The notes under the pieces were generated by a model. It saw only the letters and a list, made by a program, of their open reading frames with translations, had not been told where the DNA came from and did not search any database. A DNA stretch of 42,470 nt from Rhodospirillales bacterium. GTDB taxonomy: Bacteria > Pseudomonadota > Alphaproteobacteria > UBA828. This document shows positions 16,303-24,304 of this stretch, one piece after another (positions within the stretch are counted from its first letter, which is position 1; the number at the start of each line of letters is the position of its first letter). Made by a program: the position numbers and the translations under genes. The stretch spans positions 1 to 42,470 of the forward strand of contig JAPPHR010000111.1 of NCBI GenBank assembly GCA_028820995.1. The letters are read 5' to 3'.

Positions 16303-17826
16303 ATGGCGGCAAGCAAACCTGAACCCAAAGACCTGCGTGAAGCGGCGGAGGCTCTGCGTCTAGACGTCAGCTCGGATGAGATGGAGGCCTTCACCTTGCT
16401 GTCGGAGGGAGTCCTGGGCTTCTTTCAGAGGTTGGACCAGCTCGAAGAACCGAAGCCCCCGGTGAAGTACGCTCGCGTAGGCGGACGGCGCCCGTCATCG
16501 GACGAAGACCCGCTCAATGCGTGGTACTGGAAATGCTCGATCCAGGGCGCTGAAGCCGGTCCGCTTGCCGGCAAGACGGTCGCGATCAAGGACAACGTAT
16601 GCGTGGCCGGCATGCCCATGATGAACGGCAGCGATGTACTCGAGGGCTACGTTCCGGACGTAGACGCGACCGTGGTAACGCGGATTCTGGATGCGGGCGG
16701 CGAAATCGCCGGCAAGGCGGTGTGCGAGAGCTTCTGTCTCTCCGGCGGCAGCCACATGGCCGACACCGGTCCGACCCAAAACCCCAGCAAGCGCGGCTAC
16801 TCGGCGGGGGGGTCATCCAGCGGCAGCGCTGCCCTGGTGGGCGGCGACGAGGTCGATTTGGCCATCGGCGCGGATCAGGCTGGATCGATTCGCGTGCCGA
16901 GCTCGTGGTGCGGCGTTTTCGGCCTGAAACCCACTTTCGGTCTGGTCCCCTACACCGGAGCGTCCTCGCTCGAATACACGATCGACCACCTTGGTCCCAT
17001 GGCGCGTACTGCAGCCGACGCCGCTCTCCTGCTCGACGTGATTGCCGGGGCCGACGGATACGATTCTCGGCAGGCGAACGTTCCCCCGGCAAACGCGGGC
17101 GCCGCGTCCTACAGCCGTACATTGTCGGGAGACGTCAACGGTCTGCGGGTCGCCATTGTGAAAGAGGCGTTTGCCTGGGAGGGAATGTCCGAATCGGATG
17201 TGGATGAAGCCGTGAGCGATGCCGCGCATCGATTCGAGGAGCGGGGCGCGGCGGTCTCCACGGTCTCGTTGCCGTTTCATCGGGACGGAATATCGATCTT
17301 CATGGGAATCGGGCTCGAGGGTGTCACCAGGGTCATCTCGCCGGGCAATGGGATGGGTAACTGCTGGAAGGGATTCTACGACACGAGCTTGATGGATGCC
17401 TATGCCCGCGGCGTGGCCGAGCGTTCCTCGAAACTTTCAGCCGTGACGAAATTTGTGATGTTGATCGGCCGTCACTTCCAGGACCGTTATGGCGGCCACT
17501 ACTACGCAAAAGCCCAGAACCTCGCTCTCACGCTCAAGCGCAACTATGACGAGGCCTTCGAGAAAGCTGACCTGCTGACGATGCCCACGACTCCGATGAA
17601 GGCGCGGCCCCTGCCGGCCGAGGACGCCGGCACGATCGAGCGAGTCGCCCGGTCGCTGGAGCAGGTCGCCAATACCTGTCCCTTCAATGTCACAGGCCAT
17701 CCGTCACTCAACGTGCCCTGCGGCGTATCCGAGGGCTTGCCGGTCGGAATGCTGCTCGTGGGCCGGTGTGGCGAGGACGCCACCGTGTTGCGCGCCGGTG
17801 ATGCGTACGAGCGGATCGTCGGTTAG
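16303..17826 (+). CDS. Amidase-signature (AS) family amidase
   Basis: 507 aa. Motifs KDNVCVAGMPMMNGS, GGSSSGSAALVGG and DQAGSIRVPSSWCGVFGLKPTFG. Strong RBS gaaggagg precedes the ATG at 16303. Confidence 0.9.
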   Translation: MAASKPEPKDLREAAEALRLDVSSDEMEAFTLLSEGVLGFFQRLDQLEEPKPPVKYARVGGRRPSSDEDPLNAWYWKCSIQGAEAGPLAGKTVAIKDNVCVAGMPMMNGSDVLEGYVPDVDATVVTRILDAGGEIAGKAVCESFCLSGGSHMADTGPTQNPSKRGYSAGGSSSGSAALVGGDEVDLAIGADQAGSIRVPSSWCGVFGLKPTFGLVPYTGASSLEYTIDHLGPMARTAADAALLLDVIAGADGYDSRQANVPPANAGAASYSRTLSGDVNGLRVAIVKEAFAWEGMSESDVDEAVSDAAHRFEERGAAVSTVSLPFHRDGISIFMGIGLEGVTRVISPGNGMGNCWKGFYDTSLMDAYARGVAERSSKLSAVTKFVMLIGRHFQDRYGGHYYAKAQNLALTLKRNYDEAFEKADLLTMPTTPMKARPLPAEDAGTIERVARSLEQVANTCPFNVTGHPSLNVPCGVSEGLPVGMLLVGRCGEDATVLRAGDAYERIVG

Positions 17827-17856
17827 CCGTGTCTGTGACGAAACCGTGACAGGACG

Positions 17857-18180
17857 ATGACCCACGACAATACAGTCTTTGTTCAGATCTGGGATTTGAA
17901 CGAGGCGCCAGTGGAGGGTCCGGTTTCCGTGAAGGTGGAGGATCGGGAACTGGTACTCTTGAGACGCGGGGACACTCTGGTGGCGATGGATCGTTGGTGT
18001 CCGCATCAGCAGGGTGATATGGCGGCCGGCCGTGTGCTCGGTCGAGGGTTGAAGTGTCCGCTTCACGGATTCATCTTCTCCGTTGACACGGGACGAGGCC
18101 TCAACTGTCCGGGGTTCAACCTCTCGGTGCACGATCTGAACGTCAAAGACGGGCTTGTCAGCGTACGGCTGAAGCATTGA
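17857..18180 (+). CDS. Rieske [2Fe-2S] ferredoxin (NirD-like small Rieske protein)
   Basis: 107 aa. CPHQQG...CPLHGFIF gives the CxH...CxxH Rieske ligands. Confidence 0.85.
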   Translation: MTHDNTVFVQIWDLNEAPVEGPVSVKVEDRELVLLRRGDTLVAMDRWCPHQQGDMAAGRVLGRGLKCPLHGFIFSVDTGRGLNCPGFNLSVHDLNVKDGLVSVRLKH

Positions 18181-18202
18181 CTCGAGACGCCAGGAAGCGG
18201 TG

Positions 18203-19690
18203 ATGCCGAACGAGATTCTCTTAACAGGCGGGCACGTGCTCGATCCCGCGCAAGATATCGACCGAACCGCGGACGTTTTGATCTCGGACAACCGGCTCCG
18301 CGCAATCGGAGATGCGCTTGCTGTATCACCCGAGGCGAATGTGCTGGATGTCTCAGGCAAAGTGGTGTGCCCAGGATTCATCGATGTCCACGTGCACGCC
18401 TACGGTGGGATTGCGTTCGCGGATCCCGACAGCATCGGAGTCAACCTGGGAACGACCGCGATGTGCGATGCGGGAGGCGCGGGGGCCTACAGTTGGGACG
18501 AATTCGAGGCGCTGATCGTGGGCCAGACCCGGACGGACATTTATCTTTGGCTGCTGATGGGCGCCGCCGGAATATTCGGGTTCCAGGATGCATGGAAGAC
18601 GGTTCGCAGCCTGATCGATGTGCCAATCAATACGCTGATTGACATCGTGGAGGCCAATCGCGAAACGATCGTCGGTCTGAAGATGGCGGGTTTCGCTGCG
18701 TTGGGCCTGGGACCGATGAAGATGGCCAAGGGGACGGCGGAGGTGCTCGATCTCCCGCTGTACATGCACATCGGAGACATATTCGAAACACCGGACCGGA
18801 CCTATACGGCACAGACGCTGGACCTGCTGACCAGGGGGGACTATGTGACACATTGCTTCACCCCCACTCCGGGCAACTTGCTGGGAACGGACGGCAAGTT
18901 GTTGCCCTCGGCGCTGAGGGCGCGGGACCGCGGTGTCCTTTTCGATGTCGGGTTCGGCAGCTTCAACTTTGGTTTCGACATGGCCGAGCGGGTGATGGCG
19001 CAAGGCATTGTTCCCTCGACGATCAGCAGCGATCTGCAGCAGGTCAATATTACCGGTCCGACCTTCTCGTTGACTCACGTGATGTCGGCGATGATGTTGC
19101 TGGGTATGAGCTTGCGAGACGTGATCGAGCGCGTTACGATCAATCCCGCCCGGCAGTTGGGCCTGACCCACAAGATGGGCAGCCTTGCGACCGGACTGCC
19201 GGCGGATGTCACCGTCATCGAGGTTCGCGAAGGCCGCTTCGACTTCTCCGACACGGCAGGGTTGACCCGTAAAGGCCAGCATCTGATCGTGCCCGTGTGG
19301 ACAATCAAAGGTGGGGAAGTGATCCGTCCCGATCGTGAGAAAGCGGAGCAAGAGAGCAACTGGAGCATCGAAAGCTCCCTCGCCTACGATTCGACGCCTC
19401 CGGGGGCGGATTCCCTGGATCACGAGCAGCGTCTGTTTCTGGCCCGGATCGCCGACGGCTTCCGCCGTCTCGAACGCTGGGAGGGTGTCGATTTGCATTG
19501 GTGCTTTCATCGGGTCCGTAACGAGACATCGATCGGCCTGCGCGAGGCGGCTGAGGCGGTCCTTCACAGTTTCATGACTTCGCGCTTCACTCCTCCTGTC
19601 GGTTTCTTTCTGGCGACACTGGAGCGCGATTTTGTTCTGGCCCGACTGGACGAAGTATCCACGGCGAAGACGGCGACGGTACACAACTAA
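18203..19690 (+). CDS. Amidohydrolase/deacetylase-family metallohydrolase with a C-terminal extension of about 120 aa
   Basis: 495 aa. HxH motif VCPGFIDVHVHAY; further motifs LYMHIGD, VTHCF and SSDL. The tail after ...TIKGGEVIRPD has no similarity that I recognise. RBS aggaag precedes the ATG at 18203. Confidence 0.8.
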   Translation: MPNEILLTGGHVLDPAQDIDRTADVLISDNRLRAIGDALAVSPEANVLDVSGKVVCPGFIDVHVHAYGGIAFADPDSIGVNLGTTAMCDAGGAGAYSWDEFEALIVGQTRTDIYLWLLMGAAGIFGFQDAWKTVRSLIDVPINTLIDIVEANRETIVGLKMAGFAALGLGPMKMAKGTAEVLDLPLYMHIGDIFETPDRTYTAQTLDLLTRGDYVTHCFTPTPGNLLGTDGKLLPSALRARDRGVLFDVGFGSFNFGFDMAERVMAQGIVPSTISSDLQQVNITGPTFSLTHVMSAMMLLGMSLRDVIERVTINPARQLGLTHKMGSLATGLPADVTVIEVREGRFDFSDTAGLTRKGQHLIVPVWTIKGGEVIRPDREKAEQESNWSIESSLAYDSTPPGADSLDHEQRLFLARIADGFRRLERWEGVDLHWCFHRVRNETSIGLREAAEAVLHSFMTSRFTPPVGFFLATLERDFVLARLDEVSTAKTATVHN

Positions 19691-19701
19691 CGGAGAGGGC
19701 G

Positions 19702-21084
19702 ATGCGCAGCGTAGACATACTCATCGACGGAGCCACCCTCGTCACGATGGATGCCGAGCGGCGAGTGATCCGGGATGGCGCCATTGCGATCGCGGCGGAC
19801 CGCATCCTGGAAGTGGGCAAGAGCTCCGATCTTGAGGTGAAGTATCGGCCCAGGAAACGGATTGCTGGAGCGGACTACGTGGCGTTGCCGGGTTTCATCA
19901 ACGGAGACGTGCATATCACCGGGACGCTCTACCGGTGCTTCGTGCCGGACAACGTGAACTCCTACCCCATGATCTACGAATGGGTCTTTCCAATGTACGA
20001 GGGTTTTACGCCCGAAGACGAATACCACGCCGCAAAGGTTGGAAGCCTGGAAATGATCCGCACGGGAACGACGACCTTCGCCGAGGGTGGGAGCGCCGAT
20101 GATTTGTCGAGCGTCGCTCACGCAGTCGACGAAACCGGAATTCGCGCCGTGCTGGGACGCTGGAGCTGGGATCTCGTACAGGAAAGCCGAAAGTTCCGGA
20201 TGACGACCGAAGAAGCGTTGCGGGACTGCGAACGCCTGTTGGAGGAGTTTCGCGGTCGGAATCATCCCCGGATCTCCTTTCATCCCATGCTGCTCGGCAT
20301 CGGAACAGCTTCGGATGAGTTGATCCAGGGCGCCAAGGCGCTGGCCGATGAATACGGAGTCACGCTGAGCATGCACCGGAACGAGGACGCAACCGAGGTG
20401 AATCAGTGCGTCGAAGCCGTCGGGAAGAAGCCCGTCGAATATCTGGAGGAAATCGGGGCGCTGGGACACAATCTCAGGCTGCGTCACATGGCCTGCACGG
20501 CGGACGAAGAGGTAGCCGCGTTGGTGCGCCACGACGTGAAGGTCGTCGCGGACATGACCTCGTATTTGAGGCTTGCGTACGGGATTACACGTCACGGGAA
20601 GTTTCCCGAGATGCTCGCTCAAGGGGTGTGCGTCTCACTCGGAATCGATGGGGCGACGTCCTCGGACTTTCTCGACATGGGCCGGGCCATGCACATCGCC
20701 GCGGCGTTGTTCAAGGACAGCCGAATGGACGGCGAACTCATTCCCGCCGAGCAGGCGCTGGAGATGGCCACGATCAACGGCGCGAAGTCCTTGGGAATGG
20801 AGGATTCCCTGGGGTCCCTGGAGGCCGGAAAGAAGGCGGACGTCATTCTGTTCGATCGCATGCGACCCGAGTGGGTGCCCATGTGGGACCCGGTCAGCAC
20901 GCTGGTGTGGTCGGCCGACGGCAAGAGTGTCGATACCGTGATCATCGACGGGCAAGTGGTTCTGGAAGAGGGCGAGTTCGCCGCGATCGACGAGAAAGGG
21001 GTTCTGAACGCGGCGGCGAAACAGGCCGAGGCATGCAATCAGCGCATCGGCCTGCCGCTGATGACCCGCTGGCCGGTTGTGTAG
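19702..21084 (+). CDS. Amidohydrolase of the TRZ/ATZ / MTA-SAH-deaminase-like (chlorohydrolase/aminohydrolase) group, with DxH in place of the first HxH
   Basis: 460 aa. ILIDGATLVTMD...ALPGFINGDVHITG, LSMHRNED, LRHMACT, SLGIDGATSS and EAGKKADVILFD follow the family architecture. Confidence 0.8.
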   Translation: MRSVDILIDGATLVTMDAERRVIRDGAIAIAADRILEVGKSSDLEVKYRPRKRIAGADYVALPGFINGDVHITGTLYRCFVPDNVNSYPMIYEWVFPMYEGFTPEDEYHAAKVGSLEMIRTGTTTFAEGGSADDLSSVAHAVDETGIRAVLGRWSWDLVQESRKFRMTTEEALRDCERLLEEFRGRNHPRISFHPMLLGIGTASDELIQGAKALADEYGVTLSMHRNEDATEVNQCVEAVGKKPVEYLEEIGALGHNLRLRHMACTADEEVAALVRHDVKVVADMTSYLRLAYGITRHGKFPEMLAQGVCVSLGIDGATSSDFLDMGRAMHIAAALFKDSRMDGELIPAEQALEMATINGAKSLGMEDSLGSLEAGKKADVILFDRMRPEWVPMWDPVSTLVWSADGKSVDTVIIDGQVVLEEGEFAAIDEKGVLNAAAKQAEACNQRIGLPLMTRWPVV

Positions 21085-21208
21085 TGACGGGCCTTTCGAT
21101 AAACTGTCCCATGGTTGCGCGGCTTGGAAAAACGATTTGGAATGTGTTCATTGTGTGATCGGCCTGCCGCGGCAGCGCAACGCGTAGGGGCGAAAGGGGG
21201 CAAGTGAG

Positions 21209-22411
21209 ATGGCACTGATAACGGAAGACAAGCATTGGGCGGCTCAATACCCGGAGCTGGGTACCGACCCGATCCCGATAGAACCGTGTCTGTCTCCCGA
21301 GTATCACGAGCGGGAGAGGGAGCGTATCTATCGGCGTGTATGGCTCAACGTCGGAAGGGAAGACGAGTTGCCGCGAGGCGGAGACTTCTTCGTCAAGGAC
21401 ATCGCTGCCGTCAACAGTTCGATCTTGATCGTCAGGGGGAAGGACGGCGTCATACGCGGCTTTCACAACGCCTGCACACACCGGGGGAACAAGGTGACGC
21501 GAGAGAGCCGGGGAAACCGCAACGGGTTCGTGTGCGGGTTTCACGGGTGGGCCTTTGGCTTGAAAGGCGACCTGATTAACGTGACCGATGAAGAGCAGTT
21601 CTTCGGTTTGGACAAATCGAGTTGTGGTTTGACTCCCGTGGCGACCGACGTTTGGGAAGGTTTCATCTTTATCAACGTCGACCCGAAGCCCGAACAGACC
21701 TTGACCGAGTTTCTCGGAGACTGGGGCAAGGCCCTCAGCGGGTATACGTTCGGGAGCATGGTCATGCGGGATCGCTACGAGACCGAGGTCAACGTGAACT
21801 GGAAGGTCGCGTTGGACGCATTCCAGGAAGCCTGGCACGCCAGATTCGTGCACAAGCGATCGGGCGGCGAAGCCTACGCGAGCAAGGACAATCCCTACAT
21901 CCACGTGTTGCAGTTCAAGCTCTATCCGCTTCATCGCATGATGTCCGTGCCAGGAAACGCGGAGTTCGTGCCGACTCCAATTCAAATCTGCGCGCATCAG
22001 TTCGGCAAGTCCTATATCAGCCGCGACGGCTCTGGAGAGGGGCTCCCTCCGGGAGTCAATCCGACCCGCAATCCCGTCTGGATGTTCGATTCCAACTACA
22101 TCTTTCCGAATTTCTCGATCTTCGTCTTTGACGGGATGTTTTTTACCTACCATTTCTGGCCGCTGACGGCAGACCGGACGTTGTGGGAGACAAGGACATA
22201 CTATCCGCCGGCGGAGAACGCCGGGCAGCGCTTCAGCCAGGAGTACGCAAAGTGCGCTCTCCGGGACACCTGGCTCGAGGACTTGAGCACTCTGGAGGAT
22301 ATCCAGGTCGCCATCTCCTCGCGGAGCGTCAAGCACTTCATGCTTCAAGACCAGGAGATCCTCGTGCGCCATTCTCACAAGGTCATCGCGGACTTCGTTG
22401 GTGATGAGTGA
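21209..22411 (+). CDS. Rieske non-haem-iron oxygenase, alpha (catalytic) subunit
   Basis: 400 aa. Rieske ligands CTHRGNKV...CGFHGWAF. Mononuclear-iron motif NWKVALDAFQEAWHARFVH. No beta subunit or reductase gene is adjacent. Confidence 0.88.
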   Translation: MALITEDKHWAAQYPELGTDPIPIEPCLSPEYHERERERIYRRVWLNVGREDELPRGGDFFVKDIAAVNSSILIVRGKDGVIRGFHNACTHRGNKVTRESRGNRNGFVCGFHGWAFGLKGDLINVTDEEQFFGLDKSSCGLTPVATDVWEGFIFINVDPKPEQTLTEFLGDWGKALSGYTFGSMVMRDRYETEVNVNWKVALDAFQEAWHARFVHKRSGGEAYASKDNPYIHVLQFKLYPLHRMMSVPGNAEFVPTPIQICAHQFGKSYISRDGSGEGLPPGVNPTRNPVWMFDSNYIFPNFSIFVFDGMFFTYHFWPLTADRTLWETRTYYPPAENAGQRFSQEYAKCALRDTWLEDLSTLEDIQVAISSRSVKHFMLQDQEILVRHSHKVIADFVGDE

Positions 22412-22456
22412 GGTTCCGGGTCGGGGACGGCGTCGTGTGTTGACGACTGGAAGACG

Positions 22457-23911
22457 ATGAGTAGTTCAAGAACAGGTAAATCGGCCGAGATCCGGAATCG
22501 CCTGAAGCATCCCGTCATCGACGCCGACGGACACCAGATCGAGTTTGAGCCCGCGTTGCTCGATCACTTGGATCGCGTCGGCGGGCCTTCGCTCGCGAAG
22601 CGCTTCAAGACATGGGGAGACGAGAGCCTGTTCCGATGGTACCGGGCCACTCCCGATGAGCGCCAAGATCGTCGAATCCACCGCATCACCTGGTGGGGAA
22701 TGCCTACGAAGAACACGTTGGACCGGGCCACAGCCTCGCTCCCGAAGCTGTATTACGACCGGCTGGATGAGATCGGAATCGACTTTTCAGTGATCTATCC
22801 GACCTTCGGCCTCCCCGTTCCTCACATCGAGGATGAAGAGTTGCGCCGCGGCGCATGTCGGGCCTTCAACAACTTCTACGCCGAAACATATGCGGAGTTC
22901 GCAGATCGTATGTGTGCGGTGGCCCTCGTTCCCATGCACACGCCGCATGAAGCGATCGAGGAACTGGAATACGCGGTGCGGGAACTGGGACTGAAAGCCG
23001 CCATGTTGGCCGGCTTCGTGCGCCGGCCGATCGAGGCGATCGTCCGGGATGCACCCGGGTCTGCGTCGGACGCTGTCTGGCTGGACACGTTCTGCCTGGA
23101 CAGCCGGTACGACTACGACCCGGTCTGGGCCAAGTGCGAAGAGTTGAAGATAAACCCGACGTTTCATTCCACGGGTTTCGGTTGGGGTTCCCGGACCTCG
23201 ACGTCCAACTACGTCTACAACCATATCGGCATGTTCGCGGCGGCCAATGAGGCCCTGTGCAAGGCGCTGTTTCTCGGCGGGGTGACGCGGCGCTTTCCGA
23301 ACCTGAAGTTCGCGTTTCTGGAAGGAGGGGTCGGTTGGGCCTGCGGTCTCTACGCGGACCTGTACGGGCACTGGGAAAAGCGCAATCGTGAAAGCCTGGA
23401 GAACTACAACCCCGCAAATCTCGACCGCGACTTGATGGCAAAACTGTACCGTGAGTCCGGCGGGAGAATGGTCGAAGGCCGATTGGACCAACTGGACACC
23501 ATGCTCGGCATCCTGGCGTCCACGCGCGAGCAGCCCGAGATGCTGGACGAGTTCGCGCCATGCCGGATCGATCGTCCAGAAGACGTTCACGATCTGTTCG
23601 TGCCTCGCTTCTACTTTGGATGTGAAGCGGACGACCCCATGAATTCACTGGCCTTCAACCGCGCGTTGAATCGCCAGGGCGCACGCCTGAACACGTTGTT
23701 CGGCTCTGACATCGGCCACTGGGACGTGCCTGAAGTGAGCCGTGTTCTGGAAGAGGCCTACGAGTTGGTCGAGGACAGCCTGATTACCGAGGAAGATTTC
23801 AGAGACTTCGTGTTCGCCAATCCTGTCACGTTCTTCACGAGTTCGAATCCCGAGTTTTTCGACGGTACGGTCGTGGAGCAATCAGCGAGGGAAACGATCG
23901 CAGGGGACTGA
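22457..23911 (+). CDS. Amidohydro_2-family (ACMSD/TIM-barrel metallo-hydrolase/decarboxylase-like) protein
   Basis: 484 aa. N-terminal HPVIDADGHQIEF. The full-length barrel continues to ...IGHWDVPE. The first 130 aa or so are paralogous to 27941..28354. Confidence 0.8.
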   Translation: MSSSRTGKSAEIRNRLKHPVIDADGHQIEFEPALLDHLDRVGGPSLAKRFKTWGDESLFRWYRATPDERQDRRIHRITWWGMPTKNTLDRATASLPKLYYDRLDEIGIDFSVIYPTFGLPVPHIEDEELRRGACRAFNNFYAETYAEFADRMCAVALVPMHTPHEAIEELEYAVRELGLKAAMLAGFVRRPIEAIVRDAPGSASDAVWLDTFCLDSRYDYDPVWAKCEELKINPTFHSTGFGWGSRTSTSNYVYNHIGMFAAANEALCKALFLGGVTRRFPNLKFAFLEGGVGWACGLYADLYGHWEKRNRESLENYNPANLDRDLMAKLYRESGGRMVEGRLDQLDTMLGILASTREQPEMLDEFAPCRIDRPEDVHDLFVPRFYFGCEADDPMNSLAFNRALNRQGARLNTLFGSDIGHWDVPEVSRVLEEAYELVEDSLITEEDFRDFVFANPVTFFTSSNPEFFDGTVVEQSARETIAGD

Positions 23912-23929
23912 TACCAAGGGAGAATCCAC

Positions 23930-24274
23930 ATGGCCAAGCCAAGTTTGCCCAATGAGTTCAATGATCTGGAGCCTTTTGCCGGTTGGGCGCTGCCGACAGA
24001 GCGCGAACGCAACCACAAGCGGATTAACAGCCAGATGTCCGAGATTCAGGCGCTGTACGACACGATGGTGCCCCGCATGGGAGCGATCATGGAATACTTG
24101 AACAAGCTTCCCATAGACGGCATGCCGGAGGATGCCCAGCGGCTATTCCATATGACCCTGTCGCTCGCTGAAGTGGCGCCCGCCGTGGAGTTTTATCAGC
24201 AGCCGCGGGTTATCGACGGTTTCCCCGCGGAACGGTTCATCCCGATCGACGTGCCCGACATGACGCCTACGTAA
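23930..24274 (+). CDS. Small conserved protein of unknown function, copy 2 (intact, 114 aa)
   Basis: Intact ORF lying 18 nt after the Amidohydro_2 gene and 30 nt before the amine oxidase. It is a paralog of the 15965..16256 locus. It has no signal peptide and no motif that I recognise. Confidence 0.75.
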   Translation: MAKPSLPNEFNDLEPFAGWALPTERERNHKRINSQMSEIQALYDTMVPRMGAIMEYLNKLPIDGMPEDAQRLFHMTLSLAEVAPAVEFYQQPRVIDGFPAERFIPIDVPDMTPT

Positions 24275-24304
24275 AAGTCTCGGCAGACCCATTCCCTGTC
24301 ATTG

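Noticed and set aside
16050-17826. Calling the small ORF plus amidase an AtzG/AtzE or GatC/GatA pair, implying cyanuric-acid or 1-carboxybiuret catabolism.
   Set aside because: This rests only on size and position. I see no GatC-like sequence pattern in the small protein. Its paralog precedes an amine oxidase rather than an amidase. No AtzD/AtzF/AtzH-type genes are present. I kept it only as a speculative precedent.
21124-21140. Sigma-54-like TGG...TTG spacing (ttggaaaaacgatttgg) upstream of the Rieske oxygenase gene.
   Set aside because: It does not match TGGCAC-N5-TTGC: it has neither the GC of the -12 element nor the CAC of the -24 element. No enhancer-binding protein is encoded in the window.
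23841-23850. GTTCGAATCC, a tRNA T-loop-like decamer.
   Set aside because: It lies inside the Amidohydro_2 CDS (FFTSSNPEFF). No acceptor, D or anticodon stems can be built around it.
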